Of a DNA stretch of 64,000 nucleotides, positions 9,402 through 18,316 are shown piece after piece; the first letter of the stretch is position 1; each line of letters begins with the position of its first letter. Position numbers and translations under genes: made by a program. Source of the DNA: Polyangiales bacterium (GTDB lineage: Bacteria; Myxococcota_A; Polyangia; Polyangiales; Houyiibacteriaceae); contig OZ245758.1 in the NCBI GenBank assembly GCA_965227405.1, positions 2,387,153 to 2,451,152 of the forward strand. The letters run 5' to 3'. The notes beneath the pieces are model-generated. The model was not told where the DNA came from and made no database searches. It saw only the letters and a program-made list of their open reading frames with translations.

Positions 9402-10287
9402 TTAGCTCAATCGACTCAGACCAAATTCCGAGCAAACAAATTCTAGCGAAACAGTTCCTGACTCGGGAAGAACGCTCGCATCGACCGCGGCGAGTTCGTC
9501 CGGCAAGACCTGCGCAAGGTAGCGAAGCCGGTTCTCCAACTGCACTGGATTCGGGGCGCCCGAGTATCCACCCAGATCTCGTTTGCCGACAACGCTGAGC
9601 GCGACGACGAACACTCCTCCTGCATCACGTGTGTCACCCAAAGCGCTCCAGCCGACCAAGAGTCTTTTGAAGCTGGGCCTGCGCGCGAGCTTGCGGGACG
9701 GGGTCGGCTTCGACCGTTCCCGCAGCCAGCCAGGCTTCCTTGGTACCAAGCAACGCACGCACCGTTGCACGCAGTCGATCGAACGCGTCGCCTTCGATGT
9801 GGGCGAATACACTCCGGGCGTCATGACGCAGAGCGATCATGATCGTGCTGACGTCGACCATCCCACGGAGTTCCGCCCCGACCTCAGGAGTTGGAATCGT
9901 GGTCCCGTCACTCGCAACCATGCTGCGCTGCGATGTGAAGCGATACAGCACTCCCGCGATCCCGAGAGCAAGGACAACCAATCCACCAATCCAGTAGAAG
10001 AAATGATGCGCGGGTTCATCAAACTCATCCCAGTCGGGTCGAGCGTCCGGATCGATGGACTCGATGATCTCTTCGCGCGTTCGCTCGTCGGTGACGTTCT
10101 TCCCAAGCTCGCGCATGGTGAAGATTCGCTCTTGTCGGCGTCGGTGTTCCTGCGCTTCTTGCTTCTCGCGTTGATGCTTTTCGTGTTGCGCCTGCTGGAA
10201 CTCCCGCGTCGCTTCGGACACCGGTTGCGCCCGTGCAGTCCACACGCCCAACGAACAAACGACGACAACCGCAGCAGTGAAACGCAT
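9402..10287 (-). pseudogene. secreted/membrane protein apparently split by a 1-nt frameshift near 9634-9637
   Basis: ORF 9634..10287 (signal peptide MRFTAAVVVVCSLGVWTARA, one TM) stops at ...LERFG*. Skipping the single T of the TGA continues in the frame of ORF 9402..9824 with protein-like sequence DTRDAGGVFVVALSVVGKRDL...LAAVDASVLPES. The overall layout loosely resembles DUF1517-type proteins. Confidence 0.4.
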
Positions 10288-10395
10288 CGAACCCCTGAAC
10301 GCGAAGCTACCTGCTTGCTCTCTGATCGTGCCAACTCGACGACCGTGATCTTTGGAAAACTCTGTAATTATTGATTTATTTTCTGGTCATTAAAT

Positions 10396-10415
10396 TGAAC
10401 TTGACGTCAAGTTCA
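10396..10415. promoter_or_regulatory. perfect 20-bp palindrome, candidate TetR operator
   Basis: TGAACTTGACGTCAAGTTCA lies in an A/T-rich gap 20 nt upstream of the TetR start (10435). Confidence 0.5.
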
Positions 10416-10434
10416 CATTTGCTAGAAAGGGTTC

Positions 10435-11019
10435 GTGGCTGAGATTCGCGTCCCCCGACAAGTTCGTGCGCAGCGCACCCGAGAGAAGCTTCTCGGCGCC
10501 GCTCAGCGCGAGTTTTCGACCAAGGGGTATGCGAAGACGACTGCGCGTTCGGTCGCCACAGAAGCCGGCGTCGCGACGGGATCGTTCTACCAATACTTCG
10601 GCGACAAGGATGCGGTGCTGCGCGAGTTGGGCACGACGCGTCTCGCACGAATCTCGGAGTTCGCGCTCCAGTTTCTGAAGTCGGAAGCGGACCCGCGCGA
10701 GACCATGCGTCAGGTCGTCGTCGCGGTGATGGCATACCACCGCGAAGATCCAGGTCTACACGAAGTGCTCACCGAGCGACGTGCCTACGATCCGGAGCTC
10801 GACAAGCTGACCACCGATGGCGAGCGAGCGCTGATCGGTGCCGTGCAGTCGATGTTGGATCGCTGGAACCATCCTGGCGATCGCGAGGCTACAGCCTTCA
10901 TTCTTTTCAGCATGGTCGAGGGTGCGATTCACGCGCACTGCCTCGGTCACGCTCTGGTTTCGGACGAACGGTTCGTCGACACGTTGATCGACGCGCTCGT
11001 CCACATCGCACTTCCCTAA
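10435..11019 (+). CDS. TetR/AcrR family transcriptional regulator
   Basis: 194 aa. The N-terminal HTH region RTREKLLGAAQREFSTKGYAKTTARSVATEAGVATGSFYQYFGDKDAVL is a typical TetR signature. Confidence 0.85.
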   Translation: MAEIRVPRQVRAQRTREKLLGAAQREFSTKGYAKTTARSVATEAGVATGSFYQYFGDKDAVLRELGTTRLARISEFALQFLKSEADPRETMRQVVVAVMAYHREDPGLHEVLTERRAYDPELDKLTTDGERALIGAVQSMLDRWNHPGDREATAFILFSMVEGAIHAHCLGHALVSDERFVDTLIDALVHIALP

Positions 11020-11037
11020 AGCACTACCGAGGCACTC

Positions 11038-11388
11038 ATGTCCAAGTTCGAAGAGATGATCGAAAACTACAAGCGCGACCACCAGCACCCGGTCAACAAG
11101 GCCACGCACATGGTGGGCATTCCCATGATCGTGCTTTCGCTTCCGCTGATGTTCTTTGTGCCCCCCGTTGGGATCTTCATGTTTGTCGTCGGGTGGATCC
11201 TGCAGTTCATCGGTCACGCGTTTGAGGGCAAGCCGCCCAGCTTCTTGCGCGATCCCAAGTTCTTGATCGTCGGACCGACTTGGTACGCCAAGCGTCTGTG
11301 GTCGAAGTTGACCGGAACCCAGTTCGACGAGCCTGCACCCGCAACTTCGGCGGAATCCTCTGGGGTCGCGCAGCCCGCCCACGCCTGA
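11038..11388 (+). CDS. DUF962 (Mpo1-like) small membrane protein
   Basis: 116 aa. YKRDHQHPVNKATHMVGIPMIV followed by two TM segments, as in the DUF962 family. 18 nt after tetR. Confidence 0.7.
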   Translation: MSKFEEMIENYKRDHQHPVNKATHMVGIPMIVLSLPLMFFVPPVGIFMFVVGWILQFIGHAFEGKPPSFLRDPKFLIVGPTWYAKRLWSKLTGTQFDEPAPATSAESSGVAQPAHA

Positions 11389-11412
11389 CAAACCAGGCGA
11401 AACGCTTCGAGG

Positions 11413-11451
11413 CTCGGTAAACCTGTTTACCTGTCCCTAGGGTTTACCGAG
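11413..11451. promoter_or_regulatory. 11-bp inverted repeat with an internal third half-site (possible operator or stem-loop)
   Basis: CTCGGTAAACC (11413..11423) and GGTTTACCGAG (11441..11451), with GTTTACC again in between. Lies upstream of the Kazal-like lipoprotein gene. Confidence 0.3.
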
Positions 11452-11491
11452 TTCAGATGACGGATCCGGTGGTGCCTGCCACTCTTGTTGT

Positions 11492-12214
11492 ATGGATTGG
11501 GGATGGAAGGTGTGGGTTTGCGCCCTCAGTGTGGCGCTAGCCTGTAGTAGCAACGACCCGCCGACGATCGGAGACGACGCTGGCGAGTCCGACGTTGGAG
11601 TCGCCGACACAGGCGGTGCGGATGACGCGGGCGATGCGGATGACGCATCAACCGGTGACGACGGCGGCACCGACGATACGGGTCCCGGTGACGACGCCGG
11701 TCCGGATGACGATGCAGGCCCTGGTGCCGACGCAGGTCCGGACGATGACGCAGGTCCCGACGACGATGCTGGACCCAGCGGATGCTCGCCCGAACGTCCG
11801 TGCGCCGATGGTTCGTACTGCGTCTACGGAGGGTCGTGTGGTCGCGCGGGTCCGGGCACATGCATGCCGATCAGCGACTTCTGTACGGAGGATTGCCCTG
11901 GTGTGTGTGGCTGTGACGGCAGAACGTACTGCAACGCGTGCATCGCAGGTCGCAGTGGTGTGGATGTCGATCCAGACGGTGACTGCAGCGTGGTGCGCGG
12001 GTGTTCATCATCGGCAATGTGCGGACTTCGCGAATACTGCCTGCTTGAAAGCTGCGACGGCGACGGCACGTGCCGAATGCGTCCGGAATTTTGTCCGGAC
12101 ATCTTTGATCCTGTGTGCGCGTGCAACGGCATGACGTACGGCAATGGTTGTGAAGCCGCTGCTGCAGGCCAGACCGTCGCGCGTGACGGGGCCTGCGAGT
12201 CCGATCCGACGTGA
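11492..12214 (+). CDS. lipoprotein with acidic DDAGP repeats and two Kazal-type inhibitor-like domains
   Basis: Lipobox ALSVALACSS. CPGVCGCDGRTYCNACIAGRSG...GDC and CPDIFDPVCACNGMTYGNGCEAAAAGQTVARDGAC fit the Kazal Cys pattern. Confidence 0.65.
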   Translation: MDWGWKVWVCALSVALACSSNDPPTIGDDAGESDVGVADTGGADDAGDADDASTGDDGGTDDTGPGDDAGPDDDAGPGADAGPDDDAGPDDDAGPSGCSPERPCADGSYCVYGGSCGRAGPGTCMPISDFCTEDCPGVCGCDGRTYCNACIAGRSGVDVDPDGDCSVVRGCSSSAMCGLREYCLLESCDGDGTCRMRPEFCPDIFDPVCACNGMTYGNGCEAAAAGQTVARDGACESDPT

Positions 12215-13062
12215 ATGACTTCGGCGCGCTCGTCAGCGAGTTCGAGCGCGCCGGGCTCAAACATGCGACGCGCTCACGCGTACGTTGGTGGCTGAAACAA
12301 CGCGATGTTTCAGCCGCCTTCGCGGAGCTCTTCTTCAAACGCGTGTTGCGCTCAGGTGCGTGGGAACCCTTCCAAGGCGAAGAGCTTCCGGAAGAAACGC
12401 GTCGGGAGAGTGCGGGTTATCGCGAAGCTGCACGCTCGATTCGCACGATCACGTTGCGTCCACCGATACGCTCACTTCTGCTGACTGTTGGCTTCATATC
12501 GATCTTCCCGGCGTGGCTGCTCTTCATGGTCGAGTACGGTCGACTGGGAGACTGGTTCGCGTGGGTTCAGCTGTCGCTCGTATTGCCGCCCTTACTCTTT
12601 GGTGTACTTCGGCTCTTTCGGTTCATTCGACCAGACCGGATCGAGGTCCAATCCGAGCGTGCGAACTCCAAACGAGGCGACTTCGTACGTGCGGCGCTAC
12701 ATCGTGACGAGGTTGCATTCGTCGGCGTCGCACAACATTCCGATGCCGTCGTGCTTTCCGCTTTGTCGACGCGGGATCGGCGACTGGGGTTCTTGTTGGG
12801 CAGTTACCGAGACAATGCATGGACGGTGTTTGTGCAACGCCTCGACGGCACCGTCATCATTCTCGGAGATCACCTCCATGAGAAGACAGCGCGCGCAGCC
12901 GCACTTCGACTGGAACAAGCCCTCGAGCTGGAACAGCGCGCACGGGTTCAAGCGCGTGTTGAAACCGAGGAAGAAGAACTAGCTACGCAAGACGACGAGT
13001 CGGTCGCGGCCAGCGTGGAGGACCGTGCCGACAGCGACGTGAAGTCGACTGGAACGCGGTAG
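12211..13062 (+). CDS. hypothetical membrane protein
   Basis: 283 aa. GTGA overlap with the upstream gene. Two hydrophobic segments (LLLTVGFISIFPAWLLFMV; VQLSLVLPPLLFGVL) and an acidic tail. Confidence 0.45.
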   Translation: MNDFGALVSEFERAGLKHATRSRVRWWLKQRDVSAAFAELFFKRVLRSGAWEPFQGEELPEETRRESAGYREAARSIRTITLRPPIRSLLLTVGFISIFPAWLLFMVEYGRLGDWFAWVQLSLVLPPLLFGVLRLFRFIRPDRIEVQSERANSKRGDFVRAALHRDEVAFVGVAQHSDAVVLSALSTRDRRLGFLLGSYRDNAWTVFVQRLDGTVIILGDHLHEKTARAAALRLEQALELEQRARVQARVETEEEELATQDDESVAASVEDRADSDVKSTGTR

Positions 13063-13572
13063 CCACACGTTCACATCCAGCTCGCTTGCGTAGGGCGACT
13101 TCAACGCTTCCAAACCTGCGGGTGCTTCCCATTCGCGATCGCCCAACACCAACGCACCGGACGCCCAATGGATCGAACGGCGAACGACTTCGACGGGAAA
13201 GCGCGCACTGTGTCGTTCGAGAAACCCATGGCGACGACGATGGATCTCCGCGCGCGAGTCGCGTGGTTCCCACGTGGAAGGGTCGCTCCAGTCACGTTCA
13301 CCGCGCGCCAACTCAATGCGCTCAACAACGTTGAGATCTGCGGTGTCGCGAATCTCCATCGCGTGTGAACCGATCCCATCCGGAAAGCAGTCGTCACGCT
13401 CCACAACTTCGACCAACACTTGCGCGCCGTCCGTCGAGAATCGAAGTGGTGTTCGATCGACGTTTTGAGTGCACTGCGCAGCCGCTTCGCCGGCGACGAA
13501 CGCCGTGACAACTGCGACCAAGAGGGCGACTACGCTTCGCACGGTTGCAATGCTAGGCAGGAATCGAGCCAT
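12979..13572 (-). CDS. hypothetical secreted protein
   Basis: Start placed at MARFLPSIATVRSVVALLVAVVTAFVAGEAAAQ (signal peptide). Its 3' end overlaps the convergent gene by about 84 nt, so one of the two ends is uncertain. Confidence 0.4.
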   Translation of the reverse strand: MARFLPSIATVRSVVALLVAVVTAFVAGEAAAQCTQNVDRTPLRFSTDGAQVLVEVVERDDCFPDGIGSHAMEIRDTADLNVVERIELARGERDWSDPSTWEPRDSRAEIHRRRHGFLERHSARFPVEVVRRSIHWASGALVLGDREWEAPAGLEALKSPYASELDVNVWLPRSSRLHVAVGTVLHAGRDRLVVLRS

Positions 13573-14971
13573 GCCGCGAGAAACCGAGCGCACCACGCCT
13601 TGTACGAACCAACACGGCAATTATTCCTTCGCACAGTGTGTCCCGAGACTGCACACCTGGGGTTTGTTGTGTGCACTTGTGTTCTCACTGGGCGCATGTG
13701 GTGATGACGATGGTCCTGAGAGCGACTCAGGCGTGGACGCTGCACTCGATGCACCCAACGACATAGGCACGGACGCGTTTGACGCCGAACCGGACGCCTT
13801 CGACGCCGGACCGCCACCACCTCCGACTTCCGAACCCGGTCGGCACACCGTTGAGGTGATCGACACGCGCCTCATCGTTCCCGGAGACGGGCTTCCAGCC
13901 GAAACGCCCCCGATGACGTCGAACAACAACCTCGACGTCGTTCGTCACGACGGTCGGGTCTACCTCGCGTTTCGAACGGCACCCGATCACTTCGCGGGTC
14001 CTGAAGTGTTGATGCACGTCGTCTCCAGCGAAGACGAAGTCACGTGGCAACACGAAGCCACGTTCGACTTCGACACCGACTTGCGCGAACCGCGATTCCT
14101 CGTGCTCGACGGGCGACTGCTCTTCTACTTTTCGATCCTCGGAACCAACCGATTCACGTTCGAACCGATGGGCGTAAACATGAGTGAGCGCATGCCCGAT
14201 GGAACGTGGACCGATCCGGTCGACATTGGGATGACCGGCTACGTCGTGTGGCGAACCAAGATGGAACGAGGAACGCCGTACATGGCGGCGTACCTTGGCG
14301 GTGAACACATCTATCTCTTCGATGGAATGCCGCTTGATGTCGAGCTTCGAACCACCACGGACGGCATTAATTGGACGCCGCTTGAACCGACTCCGGGAAT
14401 GACATCGGTGTACGTCGGAGGAGGGAGCGAGATGGACTTCACACTCGACGACGACGGGAACCTGTTTTCGATCATTCGCAACGAAGCCGGCGACGAGACG
14501 GGTTGGGGTTCGCTGGTGTGTCGTGGCGACGCGTCCAACATCGCCGACTGGAACTGCGTGCACGATCCGAAGAAGTACGATTCGCCCTTGATGTTTTGGT
14601 ACGACGGCGAGGCGTACTTGGTCGGTCGTCGCAACGTCACCGAAAGCGGTCAGTACGATCTTGAAACCCCAGGTGCAACACCCACCATCACGACGGTTCG
14701 CTACCAAGTGGACTACTCAAACGCGCCCAAACGATGTGCGGTGTGGCGTTGGGTTCAGGACGAGGATCGCATCGCCTACATCACCGACCTGCCCAGTCGT
14801 GGCGACACCTGCTTTCCGGCTCGGATCGACGCCACGGAGCCCAACCAAGTGGTGCTCTACAACTACAGCTCAGACATCGATGGGCCCGATGTGGCCTGGA
14901 ACACCGGGCAGGAAGAACCGACTTTTATCTATCGCCATGTGCTCGAATTCACGTCGATTGCCGGCGACTAG
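13571..14971 (+). CDS. hypothetical lipoprotein (function unknown)
   Basis: Lipobox LLCALVFSLGACGDDDG, then a large beta-rich region. The exact start is uncertain (ATG 13550 or 13571, or a later GTG). Confidence 0.5.
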   Translation: MPRETERTTPCTNQHGNYSFAQCVPRLHTWGLLCALVFSLGACGDDDGPESDSGVDAALDAPNDIGTDAFDAEPDAFDAGPPPPPTSEPGRHTVEVIDTRLIVPGDGLPAETPPMTSNNNLDVVRHDGRVYLAFRTAPDHFAGPEVLMHVVSSEDEVTWQHEATFDFDTDLREPRFLVLDGRLLFYFSILGTNRFTFEPMGVNMSERMPDGTWTDPVDIGMTGYVVWRTKMERGTPYMAAYLGGEHIYLFDGMPLDVELRTTTDGINWTPLEPTPGMTSVYVGGGSEMDFTLDDDGNLFSIIRNEAGDETGWGSLVCRGDASNIADWNCVHDPKKYDSPLMFWYDGEAYLVGRRNVTESGQYDLETPGATPTITTVRYQVDYSNAPKRCAVWRWVQDEDRIAYITDLPSRGDTCFPARIDATEPNQVVLYNYSSDIDGPDVAWNTGQEEPTFIYRHVLEFTSIAGD

Positions 14972-15089
14972 TTGATTCAGCTCACATATCTCGCAGATCG
15001 GTGTGGAGATCTTCGGCTCTCCGATCGTATACCCCCATCGCTGTGGAGATTTACCCGCCCGAGCCGGCGGAGAAAAGAGCATAGGAAAC

Positions 15090-15377
15090 ATGGGTTACTA
15101 CAAAGAAATCGACGGCAAGAAGTACGACGCGGGCATCGTGGAAGCAGCTGAGAAGGCTGTTGCGGGTCGTGGAGACGGCCGGATTTCGCAGGCGGACGCC
15201 GAGATGCTCCTCAAGGAGGTCAAGGACGGCGACAAGTACACCGACATCGAGAAGTTCACGGTCAAGATGCTTCGCGAGAAGTTCAAGTGGACCGACGCCG
15301 CTGACGAGTGGTTCCGTGGTGAGATCCGCAAGTGGGCCGCCAGCAAGGGCGTGAAGGAAGACGACGCCAAGGCGTGA
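15090..15377 (+). CDS. small hypothetical protein
   Basis: ATG 15090 follows GGAGAAAAGAGCATAGGAAAC. 95 aa, MGYYKEIDGKKYDAGIVEAAEKAV..., Lys/Asp-rich with coding-like codon usage. Confidence 0.5.
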   Translation: MGYYKEIDGKKYDAGIVEAAEKAVAGRGDGRISQADAEMLLKEVKDGDKYTDIEKFTVKMLREKFKWTDAADEWFRGEIRKWAASKGVKEDDAKA

Positions 15378-15404
15378 ATTGCTTCACGCGTAAGCGTGCT
15401 TATT

Positions 15405-15443
15405 GAGAGGGGACGGCTTCACGGCCATCCCCTCTTCGTTTTT
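15405..15443 (+). terminator. rho-independent terminator candidate
   Basis: AGAGGGGA...TCCCCTCT stem followed by TCGTTTTT, directly after the small ORF and before the HSP90 gene. Confidence 0.5.
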
Positions 15444-15460
15444 AAGCTCTGGGGCACCAT

Positions 15461-17266
15461 ATGGCTGAGCACCGTTTCCAGATCCACCTCGGTGGAATCA
15501 TCGACCTACTCTCGAATCACCTCTATTCGAGTCCGAGTGTCTACCTGCGTGAACTGCTGCAGAACGCTACGGATGCGATCCGTGCACGCGGCGAGGGTGC
15601 AGAAGGTGTGCGCATCACAGTGGCGACAACGCCGCGTGTGCAGCTGACGATCGAAGACACTGGGATCGGTCTGACCGAAGAAGAAGTGCATCGCTTTCTG
15701 TCCACGATCGGCGCGTCGTCCAAACGTGAGGACCTCGATCGAACCGACTACATCGGACAGTTCGGAATCGGTTTGCTCAGTTGCTTTGTGGTGAGCGAGC
15801 AGATCTCGGTGCTCACGCGTTCGGCCAAGGGCGGACCGGCAATTAGCTGGCAAGGACGCGCCGATGGCACGTACGTCATCGAAGAGCGGGACCCTGAAAC
15901 CACGCCGATTGGAACCACGGTCCACCTGATTCCCAAGCCCGACATGGTCGAGTGGTTTGATGCAGACAAGGTTCGCGAACTCGCGGCCAAGTTTGGTGCG
16001 CTGCTGCCGTTTCCGATCGTGGTGAGCTCGGATGGTCGCGACGAAACGATCAACGAAGTGCCGCCCTGGCGTCGCAAGTTCGAGTCGCCTGCCGAAGCAC
16101 GCGAAGCAAGTTTGGAGTTTGGTCGACGTCTTCTGGACTCACCGATCGAGTTCTTCGATGTGCTGCCGCTGCATTGCGAAGCGGGTGAGGTTGAGGGGCT
16201 AGCGTTTGTGTTGCCGTACTCGCCAAGTCCCACAGCGCCTGCTGCACACCGCGTGTACCTGAAAGACATGCTGCTCAGCGAGAAGGCCGACAACCTGCTT
16301 CCGCGCTGGGCGTTCTTTGTGACGTGCGTGCTGAACACCAACAGTCTTCGGCCGACTGCATCGCGCGAGTCGTTTTATGAAGACGCGGCGTTGTCCGATG
16401 CCCGAGACGCGTTGGGTGTTGCACTGCGCAAGTACCTGATCGATCTCCAAGAAAACGATCCCGTTCGGCTCGAAGCACTGATCGCTTTGCACTACCGGGC
16501 AATCAAGGCGCTCGCGGCGCATGACGACGATCTCTTTGCGCTCTTCATCGACCTGCTTCCGTTTGAAACGTCGATGGGTCGCATGAAGTTCGGTGACATC
16601 CGCGCGCGCTACACGCAGGTTCGCTACGCACCCAGCGTGGATGTGTTTCGACAGATCGCGCAAGTGGCTTCCGCGCAGCGTATCCTCGTGATCAACGCAG
16701 GCTATAGCTACGACCCGGATTTGCTCGCACGCGTTCCCGAAGCGTTCCCTGAACTCGAAGTTCAGGCGGTCGACGCAACGGATCTGACCGAGGCACTTGC
16801 GGACGTGGGATCCGAGGGCGAGGTCTTCGTTGAACTCATCACGCAAGCCACCCGCGTGATCAGCCCCTACGACTGCGACGTGGATCTAAAGCGCTTTGCA
16901 CCGGCTGAACTTCCGGTCCTCTACGTGACCGGTGAGGACGCCACGTTCCAACGCGCGATCGAAGTCAGCCGTCGTGCCCAATCCGCCGAGAGCGTGTGGG
17001 GTGGGATGCTGGACAACATCGGCGCCGAAACCCAAGACGCTCGTGCTGTGCTGGTCTTCAACGCAGCCAATCCTCTGGTTGGCCGCTTGGCGCGTGTCAG
17101 CGACGACGAAGCCCTGCGTTTGAGCGTCCAGATGCTCTATGTACAAGCGTTGCTTCTGGGTCACCACGCACTGCGGCCGGAAGAGATGTCCTTGCTGAAC
17201 GTAGGACTACTGGACCTGATCGAGTGGGGTCTGAGTCAGTCGCGCGGCGGCTCAATGCTGCAGTAG
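15461..17266 (+). CDS. HSP90-family ATPase (HtpG-like)
   Basis: 601 aa. LLSNHLYSSPSVYLRELLQNATDA and EDTGIGLT...IGQFGIGLLS match the GHKL/HSP90 N-domain motifs. Confidence 0.8.
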   Translation: MAEHRFQIHLGGIIDLLSNHLYSSPSVYLRELLQNATDAIRARGEGAEGVRITVATTPRVQLTIEDTGIGLTEEEVHRFLSTIGASSKREDLDRTDYIGQFGIGLLSCFVVSEQISVLTRSAKGGPAISWQGRADGTYVIEERDPETTPIGTTVHLIPKPDMVEWFDADKVRELAAKFGALLPFPIVVSSDGRDETINEVPPWRRKFESPAEAREASLEFGRRLLDSPIEFFDVLPLHCEAGEVEGLAFVLPYSPSPTAPAAHRVYLKDMLLSEKADNLLPRWAFFVTCVLNTNSLRPTASRESFYEDAALSDARDALGVALRKYLIDLQENDPVRLEALIALHYRAIKALAAHDDDLFALFIDLLPFETSMGRMKFGDIRARYTQVRYAPSVDVFRQIAQVASAQRILVINAGYSYDPDLLARVPEAFPELEVQAVDATDLTEALADVGSEGEVFVELITQATRVISPYDCDVDLKRFAPAELPVLYVTGEDATFQRAIEVSRRAQSAESVWGGMLDNIGAETQDARAVLVFNAANPLVGRLARVSDDEALRLSVQMLYVQALLLGHHALRPEEMSLLNVGLLDLIEWGLSQSRGGSMLQ

Positions 17267-17272
17267 GAAGTC

Positions 17273-18316
17273 ATGAACGCAACTGAGGTCGACGAGCTCC
17301 TCGCAACTGCCGAGGACATGCCCTACGGACCGCCGCGCACGGAACGTTGCGAGGAAGCCGTTCGCATTGCCGACTCGCTCAACGACGACGGTTTGGCGTA
17401 CGACGCGCGCATCGCGTTGATCGAGGCGGCGGTGTTTGGTGGCGCGCCCCAGAAAGCGATCGTCGCGTTTGCGTGGTGCGTGGCCAAGAGCGACGCCAAC
17501 CCCGAACGCTTTCCAGAGCGTGGTGGTTGGGGAACCGACTTGCTGTGGATGCACAAGTGGGTTGCGGGACAGGTTCACGCGTATCCGCAGATCACGCGTG
17601 CACAGGTGACCTCCGCGCTCGACGACATGGAGACGCGCTACACGCGTCACGGACTCTCACTACGGCCGGTGCATCAGCTGCGTATGCACGCTGCGCTTGA
17701 GATGGACGAGGACACGGAAGTCGCGCACGGACACTTCCGCAAGTGGCAGTGGGCCAAGCGAGATTCGTACGCAGATTGTGCAGCGTGCGAAACCCACTCG
17801 GCCGTCGAGTTCCACATCAAGCGCGGTCAACATGAGCGTGCGTTCGACACTGCGCGTCCACTTCTCGAAGGTCGACAAGCGTGCGCCGAAGTTCCGCATC
17901 ACACCTACGCTGTGTTGTTGCGTCCGGGGCGCGTCTTAGGACGCGACGACCTTGATCATCTACATCGCGTTGGGTTGCCGATGGTGCGCTCAAACCCCGA
18001 CTTTCTCGAGCATCTTGCGCATCATGTCGACCACTTGGTGTTGACCAAACGGCTCGATGAAGCGGCCCCGCTCGTGACCACCGTGCTCGAGTGGACACGC
18101 ACCACGCAAGACTTCGACAGCCGTATGTGGGGTTTCGCCACAGCCAAGTTGTTCTTCAGCAAGGGTGGACAAACGCGTTTGCCAACCCATCTTGCCGCCG
18201 CTGAAGCCGAGCCTGTGGCGTACTTTGATCGTGAAGCGAAAGCGATCGCGGCGCAGTTCGATACGCGCAACGGCAACACGCTTATCTCCCAGCGACTGGC
18301 CACGCGTCATGACTGA
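17273..18316 (+). CDS. hypothetical helical protein, paralog 1
   Basis: 347 aa, 6 nt after the HSP90 gene. Clearly similar to the next ORF (AVRIADS...AYDARIALIEAAVFGG..AIVAFAWCVAKSDANPERF versus AVRLADA...AFDARLELVQSAVLGG..GFVAFGWCAAKSKAEPERF). Confidence 0.6.
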   Translation: MNATEVDELLATAEDMPYGPPRTERCEEAVRIADSLNDDGLAYDARIALIEAAVFGGAPQKAIVAFAWCVAKSDANPERFPERGGWGTDLLWMHKWVAGQVHAYPQITRAQVTSALDDMETRYTRHGLSLRPVHQLRMHAALEMDEDTEVAHGHFRKWQWAKRDSYADCAACETHSAVEFHIKRGQHERAFDTARPLLEGRQACAEVPHHTYAVLLRPGRVLGRDDLDHLHRVGLPMVRSNPDFLEHLAHHVDHLVLTKRLDEAAPLVTTVLEWTRTTQDFDSRMWGFATAKLFFSKGGQTRLPTHLAAAEAEPVAYFDREAKAIAAQFDTRNGNTLISQRLATRHD

